This document shows positions 25,277 to 39,029 of a stretch of DNA of 64,000 nt, piece after piece; the first letter of the stretch is position 1, and each line of letters opens with the position of its first letter. Under the pieces are notes generated by a model that did no database searches, had not been told where the DNA came from, and saw only the letters and a list, made by a program, of their open reading frames with translations. This DNA is from Parasitella parasitica NRRL 2501 (lineage: Eukaryota > Fungi > Mucoromycota), in contig MU619345.1 of assembly GCA_025201805.1 (NCBI GenBank), positions 31,383-95,382 of the forward strand. The letters are read 5' to 3'. A program made the translations under genes and the position numbers.

Positions 25277-27716
25277 CTATTTGCTACTATCACCAAGGCC
25301 TGAATGATGAAGCAGTGCGGTTACATCCACATTGGGACGTCCTCGGAATTGCTCCCAGACCTTGCCAGGCGCTGTTCCACCTCCTAATGCCAATATGGTG
25401 TTTCTATAATGCTGTCCAATGGCCTTAATGCCTTGTATTCCGTGTTTGGCTTTCGCTTCCTCGAATGCTGCGTATGCATCAGCAGAATATGTTTCTGACC
25501 ATTTGTAGCTGTAATAACCAGCGCTGTAGCCCCCTCCAAAGATATGGCTAAAACTACACAAGAATCTGTCTTGAGGAAGACGAGGTGTCAGTACTGTTTT
25601 TTCTGCAATCTCTGCATCTACATCAAACACTGTGGGCTCATCAGGTGATGTGGGTGGCGTGAATCGAGAGTGTAAGGCTAGATCGACCTTGGCAAAATGC
25701 AGCTGTCGCAGTGTAGCTAATCCACTCATAAATTCTCTTCCTTTTGTTAACGCTTTCACCATGTCTTGAGGCATGCGCTCGCCTGACTTGTAATGTCCTG
25801 ATAAACGATCAATCCATTCAGGCTCACTACAAAAGTTCTCCATAAATTGAGAAGCCACTTCGACAAAATCCCATTCAATACCATTGATGCCTGATGCAGG
25901 GGCGTAATCCACAGTAGTCATCATATGTTGCAAGCAATGTCCAAACTCGTGGAACAAGGTTTCTACGTCTCTGAATTTCATAAGAGACGGTTGATCTGCT
26001 GTCTGAGGTGCGGGCTGATTGCAAATCAAATAAGCGACAGGAAGTGTTACTTGGCCATCCTGATGTTTGAATCTCGTAGTAACGACGTCCATCCATGCTC
26101 CACTGCGTTTCTCTGAGGGTCTTGAATAGAAATCGCCATAGAAATACGCCTTAACTTGGCCCTTTTCAGCAACTTCGAACACTTTGACATCCTCGTGCCA
26201 TCGCGAGATGCTCTTTTCCAATATTTCAGAGTTCGTTAGTTCGCGTACTTGGATACCAAGCACTTGATCGGCCACTGCAAATAATCCATCAAGGACTTTG
26301 GGAAAAGCAAAATATTCTGAAACTGCCTCTTCGTCAAATTTGAACAATTCCTTGCGGTATTGTTCGGTAACATACCCAGTGTCCCAGGGTTGCAATGGTG
26401 TTGGCTGATTAAGCTTGTGTTGAGCAAATTTGGTAAGCTTTTCCAACTCTCCTTTAGCATGAGTAACAGATGCTTTAAATAAGCTGTCTAATAGTTCCTC
26501 GGCAGCAGGTAATGTTTGAGCCATCTTGACAGATAGAGAAAGATCGGCTGGTGTCTCGTATCCTAGCAGGTTTGCTTTTTCTTTTTTAAGAGTCAAGATT
26601 TCATTGATAATGGGCTCGTTGTTAACAGAACCCTCAGATGCTTTTGTAATGTTGGCCGTATATACCTACAAAAGTTTATATAAATCAATGCAGGCTACAT
26701 AAATAATGTTCAGCAGAAAGCTTACTTTTTCACGCAACTCTCTATTGCTACAATTCATCATAAAGGGGCCATAGATGGGAAAATCAAGAGTAATGCAGTA
26801 ACCACTGTCGATCCCGTTGCGTTCTGCGTTTTTTTTGAGTGTCTCCAAGAAAGCTGGCGAACAGCCCCTCAATTCGTCCGCGTTAGTTACAACCTCTTTA
26901 AAAGATTTAGTAGCATCCAGGACATTGTTGCCAAATGTGAGCGACAATTGCGACAGACGCTCTGAAATTTCATTAAACCTCTTCTTTTCGGGAGATCCTT
27001 CCGCAAAACCAATACCGGCATGTTTCATATCACGAAGCGTTTGCTCGACAATGCGCTTTTGAACAGCATCCAATTGATTCCACGAGGCTGGTGTTTTACA
27101 TAGTGCTTGTAAAGCCTTGTACTTGGGAACAGATTGATTCATCATCAATCCCAATTTCACAAATTCAGGTTGCAGTTTCTCCAAGGTTGAACGAACATCA
27201 GCTGAATTCTTAACACCGTTTAGATGAGATAAAATCCCAAATGCTCTGGACACTTCATCTTCCAGCTCTGTCACTATAAAAGTTACTCATTAAGCGCAAT
27301 GCTTGTCATGGGCAAAAATAAATAGCCTTACATTTTCCAATGGTGCCGTCCCAGGTTGGCTCAAAGTTCTTTTCAATATCAAGAAATTCCAGTTTGGCGG
27401 CAGTAATTAGCTTTTCGAATGCTGGAATAGCAATAGCAGGCGAGGTTTGAGTTACAAGATGCTCGAAATCAGGGAACAATTTCCAATTTAAAAACGGTGT
27501 TTGCTTGTACGAAACATCTTTTGTGATGGCTGTTGCAATGCGTCTATTTAACAAGTTTGAAGCTGCTGCTGTTGCCGTTATTGTTTTCGTTGTGGGGCCA
27601 TGACGGACGGTTGAAGGTTGAGCAATACCGGTCCCTCTCAAGCTGAAAAGCGATCGACGCAAAAGCTTGTAATTTGAAACTTTTATTGCCCTCGTTGCTC
27701 CCAATATTCTGTACAT
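25277..27716 (-). CDS. M3A oligopeptidase A (PrlC/OOP-like) with putative mitochondrial presequence, 3 exons
   Basis: DFYSRPSEKRSGAWM, PVAYLICNQ, ETLFHEFGH, EWDFVEVASQFMENF, FSHIFGGGYSAGYYSYKWSE; Arg-rich, acid-free N-terminus. Confidence 0.92.
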
Positions 27717-29196
27717 ATGGTATGGCTGATAAATGTTGTCAGTTTTGAAAAAACAGACACCTAGTATTATTTTTCGAATACAAATGAAAAGAGTCCCGCT
27801 TGAAGGCTCCACCGGATTCGAAATAGTCATCGACGCATCCGGTAGAACGCAGAGTTTTATATCCGGTAGAAGAATCCAATGAACGCTTTCTATTATAGCA
27901 CTGTATGAATTCTCCCAACCCTTGCATTACACCACCCAGTATGTACGAATTGCTCCCCAGTTTCTATTAATCCTCCGGAGACAACTAATCCAGTTTTCTC
28001 TTACTAATAAGCAACACACATATTTGTATAAATTTTTTTTAAAAAAAAGTATGCGAACATTGAAACAAGCAATTAAATTCAGCTAATGAATTTCGTATGA
28101 TATTATGTATATAAAGGTGTAATACCAATAACTGCTACACGATTTCTCCTTTTTGGCTTCAAAATTGGTATCATCACCTTCGATATCTGAGGCGTATCTT
28201 TTAAGGCAATAGTTATCATAGATCTTGCTCGTCTGCTTCAGTTCATCAGTGATAGTGTTCAGATCACCCGGTTCTTTGATTTGCAAAGGGTACATACGTC
28301 CAGCGATATGATCTTATTCATGATAGTTATGCCATTACAGATTGAGCTTAATATATAGAACAAACAGAGAGGGCCTTTTAGTATTTGAAGGTTGGAGCTT
28401 TACCTCATATACATACTATGTTAAATTTCTTACCAACCGCTTATGTAATGAGCAAGCAATCTTGTTATCCTTTTTCGAAATGATGTAACGAGAAAATTTG
28501 GCAATCTTGTCATTAGATATTTACACAAACTGTCCACAACATTTTGAGTATCTAAGGGCTTGACTTGGTGTCGTGTCAGACAACTTTCTATCATAGTTGT
28601 TGTATCCATATAAAGGCCACATACGTCATATCAAACTGTAATATGGTAATACCGTAGAATTTGAAAGATGATATAATGAATCAAGCTTACTATAATTTTT
28701 TTTAACAGAAGTGGCTAACATTGTTGCTGTGTAATTTTTTGTGTAGTGAAAATAGTAGTAAAGAAGCAAGATGAGATAATTTTTTATAACTACTCTTTTT
28801 TATTTTAAAATTGTGGATAATGCGCAATAAACAACTGTTATTTGACATTGTTTTTATTTATATTAGTCGGTCCTCATTATTCTAGCTGACAATTGTATGG
28901 TTACTATCATACTAACTTCCATCAGGAAAAAAATAGAACGGTATTCTGTTGACTATTCGAATCTTACGCAAATATAAATATTGAGTTTGTTTATTGGTGC
29001 TGTTGGATATGTAAATATATTCTTGTTGGTGGGATGTACCTTTTTTTTTTTTTTGCTACAACTCCAGTTACGACATCAGCTGATTAGATTCAAAATTATT
29101 ATCGAGATCTACAACAAGCAACCTTAGGTAGTTGGCTCAAAGTATGTTGTCTGTGATCAGATAATGCCAACACGTAAAAAATGGACAGCAAGAACA

Positions 29197-30611
29197 TTAT
29201 TTTTTATTGAAAAAACTTAAAGACCAGCGGCTAGATCTCTTTTCTTGGAGATCTGTTTGTTGTTGCTGCTGCTGCTGTTGCTGCTGTTGTGGGGGTTGAT
29301 CTTTTTGTTGCTGCTTCTGTTGTTTTAAACCGGCACCATTTTCTATAGATTCTATTTTTTGAAGCTTGATTTGCGAAGGCTCATAGCCATGAGTTGATGC
29401 GATTTGGAACCATTCTTTAGCCACAGCCAAATCAACAGGTACTCCCTCACCAATGAGAAACCTAAATTAATGTCATTAATCACACAACTCTATACTTTTA
29501 TAAAGAAAGATAATCTTTACATTTCTCCCAACATGTGCTGAGCATAAGGGTAAGGTGTATCAGATTGGCTAGCAGCATTTTGATAGTGCTCAAAGGCTTT
29601 ATGAAAGTTCTGGCTCAACTTGCCCAAGCCCTGTCTATACATATCACCTAAACGTGCCTGGCAAAAGGGTATATTTATGGCTGCACTTTGTGCACAGCAT
29701 TCAAAGGCCTTCTCGTAATCTTGTTTTGCTGACCCATGACCGTACATGTAGACAGCTGCTTCTTCTTCCAGGGCAACCGCAAAACCTTGTTGGGCTGAAG
29801 CATGAAGCCATTTAAGAGCCTCTTGCGCATCTGCTGTAACACCTCTGCCGTTTAGATAGATATGACCGACTATGTACTGACAATACTTGTCATTGAGTAG
29901 TGCGCCATCTTTAGCATATCGGAATGCTCTCGCATCATCTTTAGGAACTTCTTGGCATTGGCTTCCCTCAAAAAAACCATATGCTAAATCAACAACAGCT
30001 TGTGTAGATCCACATTCAAAAGCACGATGAAACCAATGCATGGATTTTGAAGGCTGATTTAAAGAGTATCGGTATCGATCGCCGAATATTCTGCCCAGTT
30101 CACATCCTGCTTCTGCAATTTTACCGGCGGTAGCCGCATGCTCCAACATGCTGATACCATGTTCCAGTCGCTGTTCGACCCCAATTCCCTTCGTATATAG
30201 TAAGCCTGTTAAGTAACATAATGCCGCCTCTTGATCTTGCTCTTTTGATTTCAAAAAGTGCGTTAAGCTAAGATCTCTCGTGGTTGCCAAGAAAGAAGCA
30301 CAGCTTTGCAAGGCTTGAGAAAGTTGTTTATCAAATACACTACGTGACCAAATAGAAGCTTCGATAACGTCTTTGGATAGGATAGGAAGCTCCGGCTCAT
30401 TATATAGAATACTCAACTTTGTTTTTGCTTCTGTGTCTTGGTTTACTGTTGCCTTGTGGCGTAAACAGTTTAAGGCCTGAATAGTATCATCTAGACTGGC
30501 AGATGTTTGTATGATATTGACACAGTGAATAAGTCGAAGCTCTTCGGGTATATGATCGATGGTATCCCTTCGTGTTTCTTCTAGATTTGTTGTGATTGAA
30601 GATAACAACAT
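29197..30611 (-). CDS. Sel1-like repeat protein (Chs4/Skt5-like architecture) with poly-Q tail
   Basis: Repeated LG..Y..G.GV..D...A..W...AA units; one intron; CAG/CAA tract near the C-terminus. Confidence 0.85.
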
Positions 30612-31015
30612 GATAAAAATATAAAAAAAAAGTGGCCAAGTGTTTCGCAAACTAATGTTTGAATAATGAATAGAGTCCCCTCTAAAACGTGTGTTTCTTA
30701 TGGTGCCAAAAGGGGTGTGCCTAATCAGCAATTTTTTGTGATTATTTATCTACCTTTGACAGAAATCTTGCGACACCCCATTAAAAATTACAAACATTTT
30801 TCAGGCACGTAAACATAGTTGCTATCAGATAGTTTTCTGATCTTTTGATTTCAAGTAAATGTTTTTACAGGCACTTACAAACAACATCAATATATACAGC
30901 TGAATGCTACAAAGTTTTATAAATATATCTTATTATTATACAGAGACGGAGAATTTTGAAGAAGAAAACATTAAAGCTAGAGTAGTTTGGTCTTTTTTTG
31001 CATTTGTGTTTTCCC

Positions 31016-32640
<1,625 letters not shown>

Positions 32641-35520
32641 ATTTTGGAAAAAAAAAAAAAAAACTATAAAAAACAAAATCAAAAAAAAAAAGGGAATCAA
32701 TCAATATATTCTTTTTTTCCTTTTCTCTACAGAATCAAGACCAGTTACTTACCAGTAAATTGAGATATAGTAAAGAGAAAGAGAGAAGATTGTTTGGTAA
32801 AAAGAAAGAAAAGCTAAAATTCTTTTGTTTAATCCTTTTGTTCTTATTTAACGAAAGTCATTCATGATTTGTATTTTGCTCCAGCATTACACATGAAAAG
32901 GGACCCGATCAATTATGTCATGGCAACATCATGACGTTAAAAGACCTCTTCTTTAAAGTCAGTTGATCCCCCTTTTTTCGACAAGTATCATGATTAGCAA
33001 AACTTAGAACTAATTGAGTAGTTTTACTGTATACTTTAGAAGAAGAACAAGCCTTATACATAATATTTGAATATTAGCACATAGATAATCAATTGCCGCA
33101 TATCATCAGAGAGAGACAGGGAAAAGAAACGGACCGCACACAGAACCAAAGGATTTGTGCAACTTTTATTGATCTTCAAAGCATATAAAGTGTAACATCA
33201 GTTCAAGAAACGAAACCAATGTTACTGAGTCGTCATCACCCTTATATCAAAAGCTGCAATACGCAATGGGGGTTGGTTAGCTGTCCACACGCATGTTTAA
33301 TGTCCCGATAATGTACAAGTGTCTTTTTAACTGCTCAAATTCTTCAAATGGCAGTTGAGCTACAATGGAATGATGTGTTTTAGTCAGAACTATAATGTAT
33401 CGAAGCCTTGCTTGCAGTTTTTGGTAGAAATGAATTATATTGTTACAAAAACTTTGGGAGCTCATTTGGCGCGGTTCAGATCACTTGAATTGAATAAATA
33501 TCATTAAAATTGTGATAGTCAAGTACATTGGCGATTACAAGGTCTAATGTTCATTATTTATGCATTTTACGCAGTAATGTCTGCATGGTAATAATATCTG
33601 CTGCTATTTGAAAAGCGATTGTCTTACGTGCAAAAATTACTTCTATTAGCTTTATTATATTATGCTGCATTTCAACTCATTACAATCCCCTTCCTTCTGC
33701 TAGACAGTGATTAAAATATGATATGGTGTTGTGAGAGGAGACGTCCACCACAGATTGAGCAGTAGCCAAACAAGCAAAAAATCATTTAAATAAAAATATC
33801 CTTCGAAATCCAGTAAAATAGGCATCCTCACAACTAGTGATATATTTATTTTAAATAAACAGATTTCTTTTGAAAAAGACTATTATTGCACTTTTTACAG
33901 CTTAAAAGTAAAAACTTTAGCTTTGTATGCCATTTTTTGATTGATTTTGATAATCAAAAATGCTCTAAAACACCAGAAATAGTATTCATTGGGAAAGGAC
34001 TATATTATATATGTTTTTGGTGCAATTTGAGCATGATTTTTTTTTTCGATGCAAAATCACGGATTTTTTTGATTTTTTCCTTGTATCCACGCATCCAAAA
34101 TCGTCGATTATGCATCGTCCTCGATTTCGACCCCAAAAATGCAACTTTTTACTATAGCATATATTAGAGGAAAATGATCGTAAAGACCATTCCTTGATCT
34201 GAAAGACTGGAAATGCTCTCTGATTAGGCAAAATTTCGACTTTTCCCTCTTAATCTGTTTTGAGGTTTTCTCGACATAATTTCTTCCATAAGCATACGAG
34301 GATTGTGAAATAATACCGTCGTGTAGAGCGTCCAAAAATACAGCTATTATCATAGACTGACAGTCGTGGTATCCATAGTATAAGAAGACGATATCTTGCC
34401 TCAAAGGAGTAATTTTGTTTTCGATTTGTCCAAATGGAGTTTTTGAAAGAATTTTTCTTTCCTTATTTTGGACTCGTTTAATCTCCGCTATTAAAGAAAA
34501 ATGGTGTGTTTTTTGAAGAAAGCTTTAACTTTGAGTAGCCAAAGCTTACCCAATCCAAAAGAAAAACAATTGAAATTTAATTTATTTAAATGGTGTGCTT
34601 CTTGGCTTTCAATGGTAGTACTTGCATGTCTGTACCTGGCCTGGCGATCTCACGCTCCGATTTTGAAAAATACTTTCCCAAAAGAAGCCAGAAAAGTCGC
34701 TATCTTCATCTGACGTCAACTTAAAAAGTACAATAACTTGCTCTAAGCTATGAAAATATGTATTCAAAAGGTGTCTTATAGTCTAATGCGTTACTTTACA
34801 TTACTTTTTTTTTGTGTTTGAGATCACTAAACTTTGTTTTCTTATAGTTTTTGCCTTTTTCTGCCAATGACACACTGAGTTCGCATAGAACAAAAAGATA
34901 AATAAAAAAAAATCAGGCGCCTAAAATCTACGCTGGCTTTACAAAGACACACAGTTTTGAGCCATTTCAATATTAAGGAAAAGATAGCACATGTTTGACT
35001 AGCTACTCTACTGTGCAACTGGATATAGAGAACCCAGCTTGGTACTTGTCTGACAAGACCTTCTACACTAGAAGATGCCTGATCAACTGAAGATATAAGA
35101 AGATGCCAGAGAAAAGGAAACAGCCTACCGCCAGTATAACACACCCATTCATAAAAAATTATCTGTATAGAAATTTATGAAACCCCAAGCGTTTATCTTC
35201 AACCTTGCTCTCCGTTACTGAATCTAATCAATAGTTTTTGAACCGAAGTCAACAGACACACTTGCACCCAAAATCAGAGATGTTTATCAATAGACAACCT
35301 TTACCTTTTTAAAAGACTACCTTGAACTTAAAGATATTATGTAGATAGCTTATTTCACAACATATTCTCTTTTTATTTTCACTATGAATAAAACTAAGCA
35401 ATTACTCCTTTTCTCTGAAAATGGAATTCCCTACTTAAAATCTTTTGAGAGAGAAGATGGGGAAAAAGTAGAAAGCAGCTTGCAATGGTAGTAGTAGTGT
35501 TAATAATAGCAGCAGAATAG

Positions 35521-35847
35521 GACCCTGATAAGACCAATTCGTTGTTGGTATGAGACGTACTCACGCAGCAAACCAAATTGATTAGCACCGATGGTGGTAA
35601 AGAACATGATGACTCAGATGTGTATGTGGTACAAGCAATCATCAATTATAGAGGTGATCCTCCTAGCTATGAAAACTTGGTGAAATGGAAAGATTTGAAT
35701 GATGTTTGGAACTCTTGGGAGCCTGCATAACCCTGAAATATTATTAAACAGTATTGGGCAAGAGTTGGAGCTAAGAAAAAGGGTAAGAAAGGCCCTAAAT
35801 CAATCAGTACAAGAAAGATTGCCAAGTCCAAGAACAAGCGTAAATGA
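35521..35847 (+). mobile_element. Degenerate chromodomain-bearing integrase C-terminus (Ty3/Gypsy chromovirus relic)
   Basis: DKTNSLLV*DVLTQQTKLIS...DVYVVQAIINYRGDPPSYENLVKWKDLNDVWNSWEPA*, then after a frameshift IIKQYWAR and a basic tail. Confidence 0.75.
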
Positions 35848-35869
35848 TCGAGATTATTAGTACCAAATG

Positions 35870-36338
35870 AATCAAGATGTTGCCTCCGTTCCGACCTCCA
35901 ATGTGGTATGGTTTTCCGATAATATAGAGTTTTGTATCTTGGTACTGGTATGCTTTGAAACTCCAATTCGCCTGTATTTTGTCATCGTCAATGTCAAACC
36001 CCTTTTCAGCTGCTTTTGTGCCGGCGGCAGACCTGATTGAATGCGCTTTCAAGACCTCCGTGTCAACACCTATTTTTTTCCTTGGTTTTTTTTTATCCAT
36101 CCAGATATGGTTGCTGGCCTGATTGATCTTGTCTTCTCGCTATTATTTATGTATGATAGAAATAGGGAATGGTTATTTGTAAGATTTTGATCAGTCATAA
36201 GTTATTCCATGATGCGATATGAAGAAGAAGGGGAAATGAATAGTTTTTTATTGTTATTACTAAAATATTATGCAAATAAAACGTAGCTCAGAGAGCATTT
36301 ACCACATTGGAGGCCGGGACGGAGGCAACATCTTGATT
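35870..36338 (-). mobile_element. Internally deleted tyrosine-recombinase (DIRS-like) element relic bounded by a 39-bp inverted repeat
   Basis: KIGVDTEVLKAHSIRSAAGTKA...ANWS (HxxR plus W); inverted repeat 35870-35908 versus 36300-36338, 37/39 identity. Confidence 0.7.
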
Positions 36339-36632
36339 TTCATCTTTTTGAATGCGAAATCCGGTATATAAGGCATCTCTCGCTGGTAAATCTTCTGTTT
36401 TTACTGCCCGCACTACTTTACACTTCTCCTAACGAACTGCAAAATTCGAAGTTTTTTTTTTTTTTTTTTTTTTNNNNNNNNNNTCTTTTTGTTAATCAAT
36501 ACCTACATTTACATAACACTGTATAATAGAATAACACCCCTGAAAAACTAACATTGGAAGCACTATAAAATCCAAATCAAGTTCTCTATTGATTCTTTTT
36601 TATTTATTTTTACTGTACACATAAAATCAAAT

Positions 36633-37349
36633 TTAAAACAAAGTATCTTCCTCACGAAGATATTCTCCAACGTCTGCTTGATGGAAAACGATGATATCCG
36701 TAGGCTGAAGCTTCTTCATATCCATAGTGGGTCTTGCAGTAACGCCGAAACCCTAACGTTAATATGTACCGTTTCAGCATCCTGATTTACAATTACACTT
36801 GCTGTATAACTTACCAGTGGTGAATCAGACATGGAAAAGATGATGACACCCGTATGTTCAGGAGTATCATCTGTAATTCTGCCTAAATGTGCTTTTACAA
36901 TATGATTACCATATAAGAAGGGCATTTCACCATTAGGCTTGATCCAAATTTTGTGCTGAAAATATATAAATGTGAATATCTCTCTCCAATATGACATTAT
37001 CCTGAATACCTTGGCGTATTGTGCTAAATGATCAAGAGCAGTGATGTGAAGCTTGAATTTACCGGTCTTGGTGAATTTACCAAAACAAACACCTACTGAC
37101 CCAAGTTGATCACGGCCAACACTCACTGCCATTCTCATCATAGATTCGCTGAGATAGTAGACTTTGTTCTTTTGAAGACGGAAGCAGTATGTCTCATCAG
37201 GTCTATCAATCAAATGTTTAAGGTTGGCACCAATACTATCCCATTGTGTTAGTCTATCAAAAAGTATTTTCTTAAGTCGCTACAAGATCTTACTATTTAG
37301 CAAGCTTCTCAAAAAGAGCTGTTGTTTCTTCAGCTGTCAAAGGGCGCAT
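36633..37349 (-). CDS. NIP7: 60S ribosome biogenesis protein Nip7
   Basis: [68 protein letters not shown]. Confidence 0.96.
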
Positions 37350-38956
37350 GTTTTCTATCAAATACTAGAGAAGATGCTTTAAAATGTATTAAAAAAAAAT
37401 CCAAGAAAAGGCTCCATAAGCCACGAGCAACGGACTGCTTGAGACTTGTCTCCTTGAAGGAAAGCATAAATGTTATTCATGAGCGATCGACCAAACTTAT
37501 TCATGAATTTTCAGGAGGCTTGAACAGGCAACAGTAAAGCTTGAAATCTTCCTGATATAATAAATACCAAAGCTACTGTGCTTCTGCTCTTAATTTAACT
37601 GATGTTTGAAAAGACCGCATTTGTGTCTGACTGATTTGGTTAAGTGTTTCGAAAATAAATTTACCACTTTCAAAGAGATAATTTTGACCAAATAATGAAA
37701 TGGTAACAGGGATTTTTTATTCACGCATTTAGGGAATACATCGAACGAGTGCCGGTCGAAATTTTGTCTGCATGCTCAAGTTTTTAAGAACTGGTAGTGT
37801 TGATGGAGACTGGTTGCGCGAATCAGAGTGCCAAAACGATAGTTTCAATATATCATTCCATCCAGAGCAGTACAATGGNNNNNNNNNNNNNNNNNNNNNN
37901 NNNNNNNNNNNAAAAAAAAAAAAAAAAAAAAAAGAAACACTAAAAGCAAAGAATAAGAGATCCAAGCTACAGTCGATCATTGGAAAATGATACAGCAATC
38001 CTGAGAGGACTAAATGATACGTTTCCCTGAACGGTCTATACAATACTCTTCCTTGCGGAAGTATTTAACAATCAGACAACCTCGGGTACAGCTACAGCCT
38101 AATTTCATAGTGCACTATTCAACAAGACGTCAAAGGCTGCCGTATTCGACAGATACAAGCAACCAACAAAGTCGATACGCTTGAAACCCTCTTGGAAAGG
38201 GAGCGCCATGGCTTAGCAAAGATCATGAGTTACTTTTTCAAGCTAGCTATTAGAAGATAAAACATCCCGCTTCTTCTACTCCATTAACCTGTTACAATCA
38301 CATGTGCAAAACTTTCGACGAGAGTGGAAGTAAAGTATCTCTCCAAATCAGGAATATCTGGCATAAACTACGTGAGACTTGTCACATGTATGTTCAAATA
38401 TGTGTCATCTTGCGGGCAGGCAATACGTGATCTACGGGGAATTGTAAATCGTTTTAAGAAGCATGCTGGTTGAATTATGCTGTTGTCTAATAAAATATGG
38501 CCTGTTTGTTTGTTGAGGTTGCACATAAACAGAGAAATTATGAAATACATACAACACATCGAAGAATGTTTCTTTTTCTAATATTTGAAAGGAAACCATG
38601 CATTTTATGTGCCCTACTACAACAATTTGCTCGAAATGCTTGCGTTTGTCTATACATTTTGAGATTTTCTGTTTATACTATAATACTTATTATATTATGA
38701 ATTATTTGTGAACCAAGAGATTAAATAGACTTGTAGGCAGTAAATTTACTGAATTTTCTTCATGTAAGAGAATTTCATGAATTTGAGCTACAACCAATAC
38801 TCAAAACAATTTGTTCTAAGCAGTGCAGCCTACACGCTATTGTATTTATATACTTAGGAAAAAAAAAAAATAAGCATTCCAGAACCAAAGTAATTATCAA
38901 ATATTATTTACACAACATACCATTCTTTCCTGGTTCATTAGGGTATTCGAGCGTAC

Positions 38957-38963
38957 TATAAAT
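38957..38963 (+). promoter_or_regulatory. Probable TATA box of the Gly/Asn-rich gene
   Basis: TATAAAT about 70 nt upstream of ATG 39030, followed by a CT-rich stretch. Confidence 0.45.
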
Positions 38964-39029
38964 GGTCTTCAGTGATCCCAGTGTTCTCCATTTTTTCTCT
39001 TTGTCGGATCTAACAACTTATACTATCAA

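Noticed and set aside
28083-28295. 70-aa ORF
   Set aside because: No motif or supporting exons
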